A stretch of DNA of 64,000 bases from Octopus vulgaris (taxonomy: Eukaryota): NCBI GenBank assembly GCA_951406725.2, contig OX597828.1, positions 43,958,001 through 44,022,000 of the forward strand, given 5' to 3'. Below the pieces are notes generated by a model, which did no database searches, was not told the origin of the DNA, and was given only the letters and a program-made list of their open reading frames with translations. The position numbers and the translations under genes were made by a program. Shown here piece after piece: positions 27,577 through 41,789 of the stretch; within the stretch, counting starts at the first letter, position 1; every line of letters starts with the position of its first letter.

Positions 27577-29307
27577 GTGTGTATGTGTGTGTGTGTATAC
27601 ATATGTATGGTTCAAAATTATACTATAAAACATCAGAAACAGAAGAGGGAACAAAAGACCAAGTGGTTTTATTCGACGCTGAAGACAAATTGGAGAAGAC
27701 TTTGATATTTCGTTCTTATGCTCTTCTGGAGAAAATGGTATGAGGAGTGAACGAAGATGGAGAAAAAAAAAACCGGAGAAAAAAGAGCAAGTTTGGATCA
27801 TATGTGAGTTTCTCTGCGCGTGCGTATGTGTGTACGAGTGTGTGTATGTGTGAGTGGGGGGGGAGTATTTTCAGTTATGTAAAATGTGTTTATAGTGATT
27901 TTGTTAAAAGTTCCTAACGTTTGCCCTTTGCCTCATTTGTTTCACGTAGTCAAAACACTTTCTAATACAATTTAGAGAAAAGACAGCGTCGTCAATTAAT
28001 TTCGATCGGTTTTATTAGATTTTGCGGAAGATCGTTCATTGCGTGATAGAAGGTTAGTGGAATATTTCCCTGTTTCTGATACACTCTATAAATGACAAGC
28101 ACAATAGATCAGAAAATTGTCAGAACTATAGAAAAGGATATGGGGAGATTACTACAAATGTTTATTCGTTGTCAGCTTTTACAGAAATGTTAGAGAAGGA
28201 AACACATTTATGACAAACGAGAAAATGCTACACATGTAATGATAGTCTAAATTTATATAACTAGCCATTCTGACATTTGGACATGGGAATAATCACTTTT
28301 GGTAAAATTTCAAGAAATCTGGTTCCTGCAATACCAAAAATGGACACGCATGTGAGTAAAATTTTCCTGTGACTAAATAAATGATTATTCGAATAATAAT
28401 CATAATTATGAAAAAGAAAGTGAACAAAATGATACAATTATAGAAAATATTGCATAGAATTTGAGATACGTTTTCAACGTCTTTCAATGATGGCATGTGA
28501 ATCAAACGTTCTGTTGTTTGCTGTAGATATAAACAATATTACCGCTTGCTTATTGAGAAATTCGTAGGTTCGAGTTTTTAAAATTGTTTATTTATGTATG
28601 TGCTTGATCTACACACACACAGACGAGGAGTGAATCAAATGAAATATATACATATTTATTTATTTATTGTGTACTGCATCGTGATGGTGAGATCAACAAC
28701 AATACTCCATCTGGTGTGAGATAACTAGTATTTAATAGACATAATGCTTGTTTTTCTGTGCTCGTAGTAGATTCATGTGCTTAGAACATGCCGAAATGAT
28801 GCATAACTTTCATGCTCGTAAATGTTTCCGCAAAGAATCTGTTGTCAAAACATTTTCAGTCATCCGTCCGCCAGTGTTGAAGATAATCAAAATCAATTTT
28901 TGTGATCCTGAGAAACTTATCCAATAAATATTTCTACTAAATTTGGTGAAAAATCTGTTCCACCGTTTCCTCGTAATTTTGAAAATACACAGACAGACTA
29001 AGTAAGACGAGTGATTACAATACCCTGCTTTCGCTTACGCTCATGTGACATACACTCATACAGCCTTACCTACATACTGATGATGAGGATTTTGACACAT
29101 GACCATCTAAATTTATTTTTACGTTGAACAGCAGACTGGCACTGTTTGCACGAAGGCTGTGACATTAAATCACAGGTAGATTCCTACCGTTCGTATTCAA
29201 TCTACCCATAACAGAAAGTCACTTGCTCAATATACCACAGAATGAGACCTGTGAAATTGTAAAATCAATGCGAACTTATTAAGGAGTCAGCACCGCTGCG
29301 TTCCCAC

Positions 29308-29364
<57 letters not shown>

Positions 29365-29380
29365 GATGTATACATAGACG

Positions 29381-29474
<94 letters not shown>

Positions 29475-29482
29475 CAGACAGA

Positions 29483-29790
29483 TATGTTTCTTTATTAGCC
29501 ATACAGGGCTGGATACAGACGGGACAAATTACAAAATAGAGCTTTTCACTTTCGGGAGAAAAAAAACGTAAACAAAATGGGGGTAGGTTTTCGATCAAAA
29601 GGGATGGTAGAGAGACGAAAAAAATAGAAAGCAAAAAAAGAAAACAAAAAAGAAAACAAAAAACGATCAATAGGGATCGTGTATCACAGAAATGTCATGA
29701 TGTAAAGGGGGAGCAGATAAGGTTTATCCATAGAAAGTAAAGCCTACGGAAAAGACCACGGTAACCTCGGTCATTAATGTCACATGTTAA
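29483..29790 (-). mobile_element. Probable retroelement 3' UTR fragment inside (GATA)n
   Basis: Minus strand ends agccctgtatggctAATAAAgaaacat and runs into (TCTG/TCTA)n; flanked on both sides by GATA tracts. Confidence 0.5.
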
Positions 29791-29808
29791 CACAGACAAA
29801 CAGACAGG

Positions 29809-29884
<76 letters not shown>

Positions 29885-30689
29885 GTAAAAGAGATAGAGA
29901 TACTATCGTTGATCAATTTTACCTACAATCTGGTTTTCTGTCCACAGGTTTTAACGATTTCGCTTTTCAGACTTTGGTTTCTCTCCAGCTGAATAATTGA
30001 ATGAAAAAATTCCGTCTTACAATGATATGAACCGCGTTTCGATAACATCTTTCGTTTACATCGTTTACATTCGCTCAAGGACACTTTAACGCGATTTAAA
30101 CTGCGCCGTGTACATGAGCATTTCAAGTCGTTCGTTCCACTAAATTTAGTGCGTTCCGAGACATTGTCGCCAAGCTTTAAATGTACAACAACGGCACAGG
30201 ATTTTTAAACCGATATTTCCTAGGGACCATGTAACCAGAAGAATAGCTTACCATCAGTTATATCTACACAGAACACTGCAATACACATTATGTTTCTAAA
30301 CAGTTTTTAGATATGCCATCCTTTCGGTGAAACAGTAGTAGCACATGGCGAGGCGGTACACTATAATAAACAAATTCATTGCTTTACTGACAGCAGTAAG
30401 ATAGAGCTGTATATTGTTACTTGTATATATGTATTCATGTTTTGGAGGGTGTATAAAACTATGATGTTTTATACATTATTTTCGTGTACAAAACTAGAAA
30501 TGTTTGGCATGCAGCTGAGGCTGACTTTCATACAAGAGTTTCCGCTTGAGTGACTGATGGAATGTTTAAGCATAGTTTCAGGGGGAATGTTTATCGATCA
30601 CAGAAACGTTCGCTTTTATCAGTCAAATATTGGCATACATATTATATAATAATCTTGCCCACTTGGCACTTTATAGCCAGCCAGCTGTA

Positions 30690-30721
<32 letters not shown>

Positions 30722-31024
30722 TGCATGTTCTGCCTTTTTTTTGCATATCTGCTTGTTCTCTTTTTTTGTGCAGAGATATTGTTTGTATATATTTTGTACA
30801 CAACGGCATTTCGCCATGTGAGGAGTATTCAAATATTCGATAGATTTGTGCTGCTCCAATGGAAGTTGCCTCCGCTCCTATATAAAATATACATTCAAAA
30901 GGAAAGAGACAAAATCATTATACATGCAGATGAACACTACATGCATGTATAGTTGAATAAGTAAACATGTATGCATGCATTCATGAAGCTCAGAGATATA
31001 CATACTCACACAGACGCACACACA

Positions 31025-31176
<152 letters not shown>

Positions 31177-31189
31177 ATACAGCTATGTA

Positions 31190-31299
<110 letters not shown>

Positions 31300-31500
31300 G
31301 CACATATTAAATAGGGCGTTAGCAGTAGCAAAATATATATAAAAGATAATCATATATATAGTGAACATATACAAGAGCGATTCAGAAACTATGCATTAAA
31401 TATTTAAGTATACATGCAGAAGATCAAACGCATATACACACGTCTAGTTATGTATTCATGTTTATATATATATCTATCTCTATATCTATTTGTACGCATG

Positions 31501-31542
<42 letters not shown>

Positions 31543-31583
31543 TAAATGTCAACATTTACGTTTACATGTATAAATATATTACG

Positions 31584-31626
<43 letters not shown>

Positions 31627-31710
31627 AAGGGTGAAAAGGAACACACGAGTTGATATATATGAAAAAACAAGTAAAAAATAGAAAATGCTAAAATAATTTT
31701 ATAGTGAACA

Positions 31711-31754
31711 TTTCAGTACCGGTTTCGGTCATTTTGAGACCTTTTCAACTGTAA
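31711..31754 (-). ncRNA. Minimal hammerhead-ribozyme-like motif (U3-A8 core), left arm
   Basis: Reverse complement of 32028-32071. Confidence 0.65.
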
Positions 31755-32027
31755 CGATTAAATAATTAAATTTAGAAAAATTAGAAGAAAAGTTTTTTTA
31801 AAGAATATTTCTATAGTAGTGTTCAGATTTAAGTGGCATTCTGCCTTTCTCTGACTCCCTTGTTTGCACTTGTGTGTTCGAGGTACCTCGAACAACTACC
31901 TCGAACACACAAGTGCAAACAAGGGAGTCAGAGAAAGGCAGAATGCCACTTAAATCTGAACACTACTATAGAAATATTCTTTTAAAAAACTTTTCTTCTA
32001 ATTTTTCTAAATTTAATTATTTAATCG

Positions 32028-32071
32028 TTACAGTTGAAAAGGTCTCAAAATGACCGAAACCGGTACTGAAA
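32028..32071 (+). ncRNA. Minimal hammerhead-ribozyme-like motif (U3-A8 core), right arm
   Basis: CAG-TTGAAAA-GGTC-tcaaaat-GACC-GAAA-CCGG-TA-CTG: short stem I, 4-bp stem II, palindromic ACCGGT stem III, GUA site. Confidence 0.65.
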
Positions 32072-32117
32072 TGTTCACTATAAAATTATTTTAGCATTTT
32101 CTATTTTTTACTTGTTT

Positions 32118-32158
<41 letters not shown>

Positions 32159-32509
32159 TTATAAAATGAGATAGGGGTTGAAAATTCAACCCACCATGGG
32201 ATAATATATATCCAATATACTGCTAGATAGGTACCCAACAAAATTAATACATAGATGTTAAAAATTGTCAAACAATCAGTTCATCTATTGTATTAAATGG
32301 GTAAAGGTAATAATATTACCGTAAATTAATACTACAAAATTAGAGAATTTACTGATTTAAGTATGTTTCTCCATTCTCTAATTTTGTTATATATATATAT
32401 ATATACATATCCTTGTGTGTTTATGTGTGTGCATGCGTGGGGACAGATAGTTTGATATATAGATTTATAGATACATCTTTCTATTTATCTATGTGTGTTT
32501 GTGTACGTA

Positions 32510-32846
32510 TAAGACACCCTTCGGCCATAAATGAGAATGGGATTGCGCGTAGAAGGTTCCTCTTCTAGGCACCAGTCCGGGCCAGGCAGTTTATGGAAGA
32601 CCAGCAACTGCCCATGCCTACTAGACTTCCGTCTCCACGCCGCTAATGTTATCCAAGATAAAGGCAAAGGCATCGATAGACCTTGGCACCATTGACGTAG
32701 CAACTCATTTCTACAGTTGAGCGAACAGCAACAACGTGAAATAAAGTGTTGTGGTCCAGAACACAACACATAACCCGGTCCAGGAATGGAGCCTCACAAC
32801 CTTAAGATAGTAAGCCCAACGCTCGAACCACTGAGCCGTGCACCTT
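32510..32846 (-). mobile_element. tRNA-derived SINE, family A-like head with tail type 4
   Basis: Head aaaggtgcacggctcagtggttcgagcg; body cactttatttcacgttg shared with family A; different tail. Confidence 0.65.
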
Positions 32847-32907
32847 TACACACACACACACACACACAGACACACACACACACACACACACATACACACA
32901 TACACAC

Positions 32908-32942
<35 letters not shown>

Positions 32943-32964
32943 TGTATGTATCTATCTATCTATC

Positions 32965-33014
<50 letters not shown>

Positions 33015-33019
33015 TATAC

Positions 33020-33460
33020 AAAATGGAACAAGAACGCAAAAGACAGTTAGGTGATACAAAAATGGGACAAAATATCCAGATTGGCGATACAAAGAAAACA
33101 AGGACGGGTCATTCGAAGTTTTCTTTCCTCAGTCAAGTACCAGATTATCTTCGCAATTTCGGCTGATTATACTTGAGATTGCACCAATCAGGCCAGCCCC
33201 AGGGAGAACCTAAGCTAAGACCATTAGATTCCTTGGAAGAACGCAGCGAATTTATACAAAAACAAGGATAGAAAAAACGGACAATGTTACACAATTACAA
33301 TAAAAATAATAAGAGGACATAACAACAGGTGTTTCTCGACTAAGGATGTAATAAATTAAGCTGGCGTGTATGGAAATGAAGCCTTACGGCAGTGATACAA
33401 GATTTCACAGACACAGGGAGTAATATCGATGTTGCACGGACAACAGCCATACCAAGAAAG
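33020..33460. repeat. Probable unclassified interspersed repeat fragment
   Basis: Mixed-sequence island between microsatellites; no second copy or ORF identified in this window. Confidence 0.3.
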
Positions 33461-34047
33461 AAAGAACACACACACATGCATACATATGGACAATGAATAA
33501 AGCGAGCGATATTTTATTAATTATGTCCTGAAGGAAACATTCCCGAGGTTTAAACCTTGTACCATTCATTCAGTAAATTTCAAATGTTATCTTAAATGCG
33601 AACCGGAGTTTGAAATAGAAAGAACTACGTCCGTTTCTTATATTTTTATCAGTATTACCATGTATTTTACCCAAATTCATCCCCGTAATGTTAGTTTTAC
33701 TGAAATAATTTTCCGTCATTGTCTTTATAATAATAATTATCATATTCTTGTATACTCATTACTGTTCTTACCGTTATTTGTTCGGGGTTATTATTGCAAC
33801 ATTTAATTTTTATATTTTTTAAAAAATTTGTTTCAATCATTAGGTTAATGCATTGCTGCGGTACGTTCTTGAAGAAATTTAGTCGAACGAATCGACCCTA
33901 TATTTAATTTGTTAAGCCTGGTGTTTATTTTATCTTCCTATTTGAAACGCTAAGTTACGTGGGCTTAAACACATCACCTCAAGTTGTCGGCTGGTGGTTG
34001 GAGACAAAAATAGACGCAAAGACATACACGCACACACACACACACAG

Positions 34048-34083
<36 letters not shown>

Positions 34084-34282
34084 GTATATGTGTGTGTGTG
34101 TGTGAACGTGTGTATAAACATAATAGTGTATGAAACAAAGGCGAAGAGAAAACCACCATGTGGATTTCTGACATGCTAAAAATGGCAGTGGAAGCCTAAA
34201 ACCACGAGAGAATATTCTGACATTAAAACATGTTGATCTGTACGCCATCGGGCATTCGAGTAAATAAAATATAGTAAATCTT

Positions 34283-34330
<48 letters not shown>

Positions 34331-34776
34331 TATTCCCTCGAATGTCTTGCTGGAGTATACTTCAACGTGCTATATTGTAAGAATATTCTTTCGTGATTTT
34401 CAAGTTCAGACAATATCCATTTGACGGAGAGAGGGCGCTAGTATACAGCACCTGCATTTGATCACTATAAACAAATTATTTTGCAGATCGTTCGGCAAAA
34501 TATACGAAATTTCATATATCGTCTTCCATGGGAGAGGCTATCATTTCCTTTTTAGTGACCAAGGTCTTTTACGGGGCTAAGCACGGAAAGAAAAACTTGG
34601 TATATATGGCTAAATTAACCAACGTGTTTTCGTTTATTTTTTGAGATCCATTGTCGGGATTTCAGGGACATATAGCTGCTATCTTTTTTTTTTTTGGAGC
34701 TAATAAATTTGTACAAAAGACTTAATGGTTTTGTTCCGTTATTCTCGATACTGCTGTGGTTTGTGTACTGCCCGGT

Positions 34777-34903
34777 GTTGTTGCTCTTGTTGTTGTCGTT
34801 GCTGTTGTTGTTGTTGTTGTTCTTCTTCTTCTTCTTCTTCTTCTGCTTCTTCTTCTTCTTCTTCTTCTTCTTCTTCTTCTTCTTCTTCTTCTTCTTCTTC
34901 TTC
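34777..34903. repeat. (GTT)n/(CTT)n microsatellite
   Basis: Direct read. Confidence 0.95.
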
Positions 34904-35033
34904 TCATCGTTGATGTATCTCGTGTGCAGGTCAGCAATGAACCATAAGATATGATAAATGCTGTCGTAAACTTAAGCGACATATACATATACATATAAAT
35001 ATTCATAATTATAATCTATCTATCTATCTATCG

Positions 35034-35078
<45 letters not shown>

Positions 35079-35332
35079 CTCGTGTCTCTCCATCTATATC
35101 TATATATATATATACACACACACATACATATATATACATATACATACATACATCTATACATACACACATATATATATATATACATACATACATACATACA
35201 TACATCTATACATACATACATCTATACATACATAGAATATTCTTTTACAATACTATTATCTATCAATACCATTCTCTAACATGAATAATATTGACACAGA
35301 CTTCAGAATTTCGGCCAGCTCAGCTAACACCG

Positions 35333-35379
35333 GATAGTCTGATGATGGTTTAACAGGCCGAAACTTTGGAGACTCTGCC
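35333..35379 (+). ncRNA. Decayed canonical-core hammerhead-like motif
   Basis: agt-CTGATGA-T-GGTT-taaca-GGCC-GAAA-CTTtggAG-AC-tctgcc; inverted partial copy at 35299-35322; paralogue at 39191. Confidence 0.55.
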
Positions 35380-35469
35380 AATGTTAATTTTGCTAAAGAA
35401 TAACAGATTTGTAACCTACAAAACAAATTAAGTAATATTTTCGTTTTATGTAAAACGATTGTACTGCAA

Positions 35470-35692
35470 CTACGTTGCCAACTTGCAGAGTCGTTAGCGC
35501 GTTGCATACAATGTTTGGCGGTTTTTATCCCTGCTTTACGTCTTGAGTTCAAAACTCCGCGCAGGCGAACTTGACATTCCATCATTTTGGGGTCGACGAA
35601 ACAACTGTCATTGAAGCAGAAAGGGAAGATGTAACCAGCTATCGCCCCCCCACACACACAATTTCAGGCCTTGTGATTGCATTAGAAAGAAT
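35470..35692 (+). mobile_element. SINE family C, diverged
   Basis: gcagagtcgttagc...gagttcaaaactccgc...catcattttggggtcgacgaaa...aatttcaggccttgtg. Confidence 0.65.
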
Positions 35693-36012
35693 AATTGTTG
35701 TTGTGGTTATTGTTGTTGTTGTTGTTGTTGTTGGTGTCGTCGCCTACTTTGTTTTTCGTTCTCCTTTATCTCGTTACAACTGCTCTTGTTGTTATTGTTA
35801 ATGTTTCACGTAAAATGGAAAAATATCTTGTCACAGAGCATCTGCAAGAAATTTATAAAAAGTCAAAACAAATTACACACACATCCGTACACACATTAAA
35901 CATGTACATATACAGAAAGAAACGCTCATTCACATACGCACGCACAATACACACAGACACACATACACATGACTAATATTCACACATACATACACACACA
36001 CACACACACACA

Positions 36013-36090
<78 letters not shown>

Positions 36091-36318
36091 TCATATGTAT
36101 GTATATACGTATAGGGTTTAGTGAGGTGTGTGAGGGTAATGTCAGGTATCTGGCACTGTGGAAATTTACATAAGTTATACATCAAGATTTGTATTTGTTC
36201 AAAATACTTAAAATATCAAGATAATATTTTGATTGCAGAAATATCATTCCAGTATTTGGCTCCACAAATTGCTTTTACTTCCTCATTAATATACAAACAC
36301 TGTAGCATAAAACACACC

Positions 36319-36457
<139 letters not shown>

Positions 36458-36704
36458 GTACGTATATGTATATATGTTCACCTTATGTTTTTATTGTGTA
36501 TGTAAATTGTGTTTTAATGTCAATGAACGTAAAGCATTAGTTCCGTAATAGCGACATGAACAAATATCTTGTATTGTTGACATAATGTGGTTTTAAGTAG
36601 GGAATAAATAATACGAAGTCATATGCGTGGGAGGGATAACATCTTAAAATCTGTTTCGTATATTCCTGAAATAAGATGTAAGCTTACATTCGTATAAACA
36701 CACA

Positions 36705-37960
36705 TTTTATTTCTTCTTAGTTTCAGTTATCAGACTGCGGCTATGGTGGGGTGTTGCTTTTTAGGATTCTTTTTAGTCGAATAAACCGACCCAGGTACCT
36801 TTATTTTTTTCAATTATTTATTTTCAATTGAAGCCTGGTATTAATTCTCTCGTTTTGTTTTTTTTCTTTAATATTTTTTAGCCGAACCGCTAAGTCACGA
36901 TAACGCAAACAAGCCAGCAATGGTCGTCAAGCGGTGGTGGATGTGGGGACAAAGACAGACATAAAGGTAGACTAGACACGCGTAGATACATACAAATATG
37001 CATGCATACATACAAATGTACATAAATACATACAAATATATATATACATACATACGTATATACATACATACATTTTTATTCTTTTACTTGTTTCAATCAT
37101 TTCGCTGCGGCCATGCTGGGGCACCGACTTCAAAGAAGTTTAATCGAATTTATCGATCTCAGTACTTATTTTCAGTTTTAAGAGCCTAGTACTTATTCTA
37201 TCGATTTATTTTGCCACACCGCAAGGTTACGGGGACGTAAACACACCAGCACCGGTTGTGAAGTGGTTGGGGGAGCAAACACAGACGCAAAGGTAGCCTA
37301 GACACACGTAGATACGTACAAATATGCATGCATACATACAAATGTACATAAATACATACAAATATATATATACATACATACGTATATACATACATACGTA
37401 TATACATACATACATTTTTATTCTTTTACTTGTTTCAATCATTTCGCTGCGGCCACGCTGGGGCACCGACTTCAAAGAAGTTTAATCGAATTTATCGATC
37501 TCAGTACTTATTTTCAGTTTTAATAGCCTAGTACTTATTCTATCGATTTATTTTGCCACACCGCAAGGTTACGGGCACGTAAACACACCAGCACCGGTTG
37601 TGAAGTGGTTGGGGGAGCAAACACAGACGCAAAGGTAGCCTAGACACACGTAGATACGTACAAATATGCATGCATACATACAAATGTACATAAATACATA
37701 CAAATATATATATACATACATACGTATATACATACATACATTTTTATTCTCTTACTTGTTTCAATCATTTCGCTGCGGCCACGCTGGGGCACCGACTTCA
37801 AAGAAGTTTAATCGAATTTATCGATCTCAGTACTTATTTTCAGTTTTAAGAGCCTAGTACTTATTCTATCGATTTATTTTGCCACACCGCAAGGTTACGG
37901 GCACGTAAACACACCAGCACCGGTTGTGAAGTGATGGGGGGAGCAAACACAGACGCAAAG
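36705..37960 (-). repeat. Tandem array of SINE-B 3' halves plus microsatellite spacer
   Basis: Three near-identical units start at 36973, 37299 and 37641 (periods 326 and 342), preceded by a diverged unit. Confidence 0.9.
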
Positions 37961-38184
37961 ATTTACACACACACATATACACATATTAAATTTTATCAGT
38001 GACCAGCATGTGAAAAATACATTTTAAGGTGATGAAGGAACAATTCCTTTTGGATTATTCCAAACTAGAATTTGTATGAATTTCTGTTACCTTGCTTTCC
38101 TCGTTTCGACACGTGTTGTATTAATGTAAGTCAAAATATTTTGCGGTTAGGCTAATTAGTGTCTATTTTTCAGCATTTTGGCTT

Positions 38185-38489
<305 letters not shown>

Positions 38490-38495
38490 TTCTCC

Positions 38496-38887
38496 TTACT
38501 CTTTACTCTTTTACTCGTTTCAGTCATTTGACTACGGCCATGCTGGAGCACCGCCTTTAGTCGATCAAATCGACCCCGGGACTTATTCTTTGTAAGCCCA
38601 GTACTTATTCTATCGGTCTCTTTTTGCCGAACCGCTAAGTGACGGGGACATAAACACACCAGCATCGGTTGTCAAGCAATGCTAGAGGGACAAACACAAA
38701 CACACACACATATATATATATATATATACGACAGGCTTCTTTCAGTTTCCGCCTACCAAATCCACTCACAAGGCATTGGTCGGCCCGGGGCTATAGCAGA
38801 AGACACTCGCCCAAGATGCCACGCAGTGGGACTGAACCCGGAACCATGTGGCTGGTTAGCAAGCTACTTACCACACAGCCACTCCTG
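38496..38887 (-). mobile_element. SINE family B, near full length
   Basis: Reverse complement of 26409-26813. Confidence 0.88.
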
Positions 38888-38928
38888 ACCCTATTCCTTG
38901 TTTCCCTCCTAGTTTTTTTTCTGTGTCC

Positions 38929-38964
38929 CTTTCTGTAGAAGAGCGTAGGCTCGAAACGTAAAAG
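38929..38964 (+). ncRNA. Minimal hammerhead-like motif, A6U core (copy 1), within a ~170-bp repeat
   Basis: CTTT-CTGTAGA-A-GAGC-gtag-GCTC-GAAA-CG-TA-AAAG. Confidence 0.6.
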
Positions 38965-39101
38965 TCTTTGTTCAATTCCTGAGCGTTATACAAGTACATC
39001 TGTTTCATTTCTACATCACCTGTCTTCGTCTTTTATATTTTCGTGAATTCTCTCTATATATGTATATATACATATGTGTGTGTGTGTGATTGTGTGTGTG
39101 C

Positions 39102-39133
<32 letters not shown>

Positions 39134-39190
39134 TTAAACAAGAATGTTGTTGACAATGGCTACGAGGCTTCAGCCAGCGAAACCGACGTC

Positions 39191-39237
39191 GGCAGTCCGA
39201 TGGTGTCTTAGCTTGCCGAAACTTCGAAGTCACTAAC
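39191..39237 (+). ncRNA. Decayed hammerhead-like motif, same family as 35333
   Basis: ggcagt-CCGATGG-tgtcttagcttgcc-GAAA-CTTCGAAG-TC-actaac; palindromic stem III ACTTCGAAGT and GUC site. Confidence 0.5.
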
Positions 39238-39584
39238 AACCAGAGTCTTCTCTACTCCAGAAGAGATCAATAGACATTTGCTTGTATTATAAGTGAACCC
39301 AAGAACATGAGTGCGCGCGTGTGTGTGAGTGTAGTGATTTCTCCATTTTCAAAGACGGAAGTTGCAATTCACAGAGTAACTCCAGTTCTTTACGATGGCA
39401 CATGTCGATATTCACCCATCTCCATTGGGTCTTTTAGTGGATTGAATGGCAAATAAGTCACCTTTCAAGATATCTGCCCTTCATCGGATTGTAGTTATAA
39501 ACAATTGCACAACACAATTAGTAAACACGGGGAATTTCAGCCACTCCATCAAAATATGCCTCGTTCTCAAATATATCTACACAC

Positions 39585-39585
<1 letters not shown>

Positions 39586-39629
<44 letters not shown>

Positions 39630-39756
39630 CAGACAGACGGACGGACAGACAGACAGCCAGAGAGAGAGAGAGACGGACGGGCGGATTGGCAGACAGACAT
39701 ACAGACAGATAGACAGATAGATAGACAGATAGATAAACAGATAGACAGACAGACAT

Positions 39757-39818
<62 letters not shown>

Positions 39819-39870
39819 GGATAGATAGATAGATAGATAGATAGATAAATAAATAAATAGATAGATAGAT
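39586..39870. repeat. (GATA)n/(GACA)n microsatellite
   Basis: Direct read. Confidence 0.95.
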
Positions 39871-40170
39871 ACTTGGATGGATTGATAGATAAATAGACAG
39901 ATGATATGAATAATTACATAATCGTTATTCGCTCACTGTCTGTGTTCATCTGCATTGTAAGACGTCTTACAAATTCATGCAAATATATATGATATAAATA
40001 TATAGATCTATATATAAGTATATAAATATATATATATATATATATACACACTCACATAGCAAACGAACACACATCATACATATGTCCATATATATCTATA
40101 CACATGTATATATTCCATGTGCTTGCTTATTTCAGTGTAAATAGAAAAAAATATCAACAGCTCCGTATAG

Positions 40171-40221
<51 letters not shown>

Positions 40222-40567
40222 TATATATAGTCGTATATCCAGAGTAGTTTTATACGTCTGGACGCATTAGATTTTATCTCTCTAATGTCTTCAGATGTCT
40301 CCAAAGCAATTAACGTTAATTCAACATGACATATTTTAATGAGAGTTGAAGAAGTATGAACGGCACAAAATTCAACTACAACATGTACAGATATTAACAA
40401 TAACACACACAATAATAATAATAATGATGATGATGACGATGATGATGATGATGATGATGAAGATGATGATGACGATAATAATAATAATAATATTAATAAT
40501 AATAACAATAATAATAATAATAATATACATATGTCTATATGCACGTATATATATGATGGTCTATGAT

Positions 40568-40629
<62 letters not shown>

Positions 40630-40873
40630 TATACAGGAAGTAGGTCTGGTGTTAATTTTTGTTTGGATTCAATGCAGCTTAATTTCACTGCACTTCCTGC
40701 CAATACACTGGTGTGTTTTCCTAAAAGTTTTCTGCATGCAAGAGATGTTAACTCGATGTTATGGCTCTCTAAGTATAACCAGATGTGTTTTCCTATGTAG
40801 GAGAAAAGTCGGTTCCGAAGTTACTGACGTATACATGCATGCGAGTGTGTTTATTAGTGCGCATGCGTGTGCC

Positions 40874-40934
<61 letters not shown>

Positions 40935-40945
40935 TTATATATATG

Positions 40946-40976
<31 letters not shown>

Positions 40977-41236
40977 ATAAATATATATAAAGATATATAT
41001 GCAGGCATGTGGAAATATATACACACACAGATATGTACACACTATTACATAAGTAATGGTATCCATATCTATGCACACACACACATATATAGATGCATGT
41101 ATACATTGAGATATACGGATAAATATGGAACTATGCGTCTCTGATTTATATTCAAACACACTATACTTGTGTGGGTATAACTATATGTGTATTCAGTTAT
41201 AGATAAATGTTTACATATATACCATTTATACACACA

Positions 41237-41317
<81 letters not shown>

Positions 41318-41667
41318 TATATATACGTATATATACACATATGTATGTGTGTATACATATATGTAAATATGTGTATATATATATATACACATACATACGT
41401 ATATATATGTATATATACATATACATATACATGTATATACAATATATATGTGTATATATACATATATATATGTGTATATATATATATATATATATACAAT
41501 GCAAATAAATAACAATGATGTCCAGGTATCGGTAGAACACTACAGCCGTTTCAAGTGACTCCATTTGAACGATCAATAAAAGCATTGCATCTCTTTGAAA
41601 TAAACCGCTGTCCTCTATACCGAACTGGCTCGGTGCCTCGATTTCTCTCCTTGTTTTTTCTGTGTCC

Positions 41668-41703
41668 CTTTCTGTAGAAGAGCGTAGGCTCGAAACGTAA
41701 AAG
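41668..41703 (+). ncRNA. Minimal hammerhead-like motif, A6U core (copy 2)
   Basis: Identical to 38929-38964; flanking repeat spans ~41640-41780. Confidence 0.6.
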
Positions 41704-41789
41704 ACTTTTTCTATACTAATACATGTGTTTTTTTTTACACCACCTGTCTTCGTCTTTTGCTTTTTCGTAAACTCGCCCTATATACTCTT

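Larger units (their letters stand above)
31653..32129. repeat. Near-perfect long inverted repeat (~233-bp arms, 11-bp spacer)
   Basis: Arms 31653-31885 and 31897-32129 are reverse complements, with one mismatch seen in a T/A run. Confidence 0.95.

Noticed and set aside
28900-29050. Helentron/HINE-like 3' end (aaatttggtgaaaaatc...cagacagac...)
   Set aside because: Single diverged instance with no matching 5' end or clear terminal hairpin
36973-37960. CRISPR-like regular repeat
   Set aside because: Whole units are duplicated with no unique spacers and no cas genes, in a eukaryotic SINE context
40255-40300. CTGAAGA followed by a 7-bp hairpin on the minus strand
   Set aside because: No GAAA after the stem, so not a hammerhead
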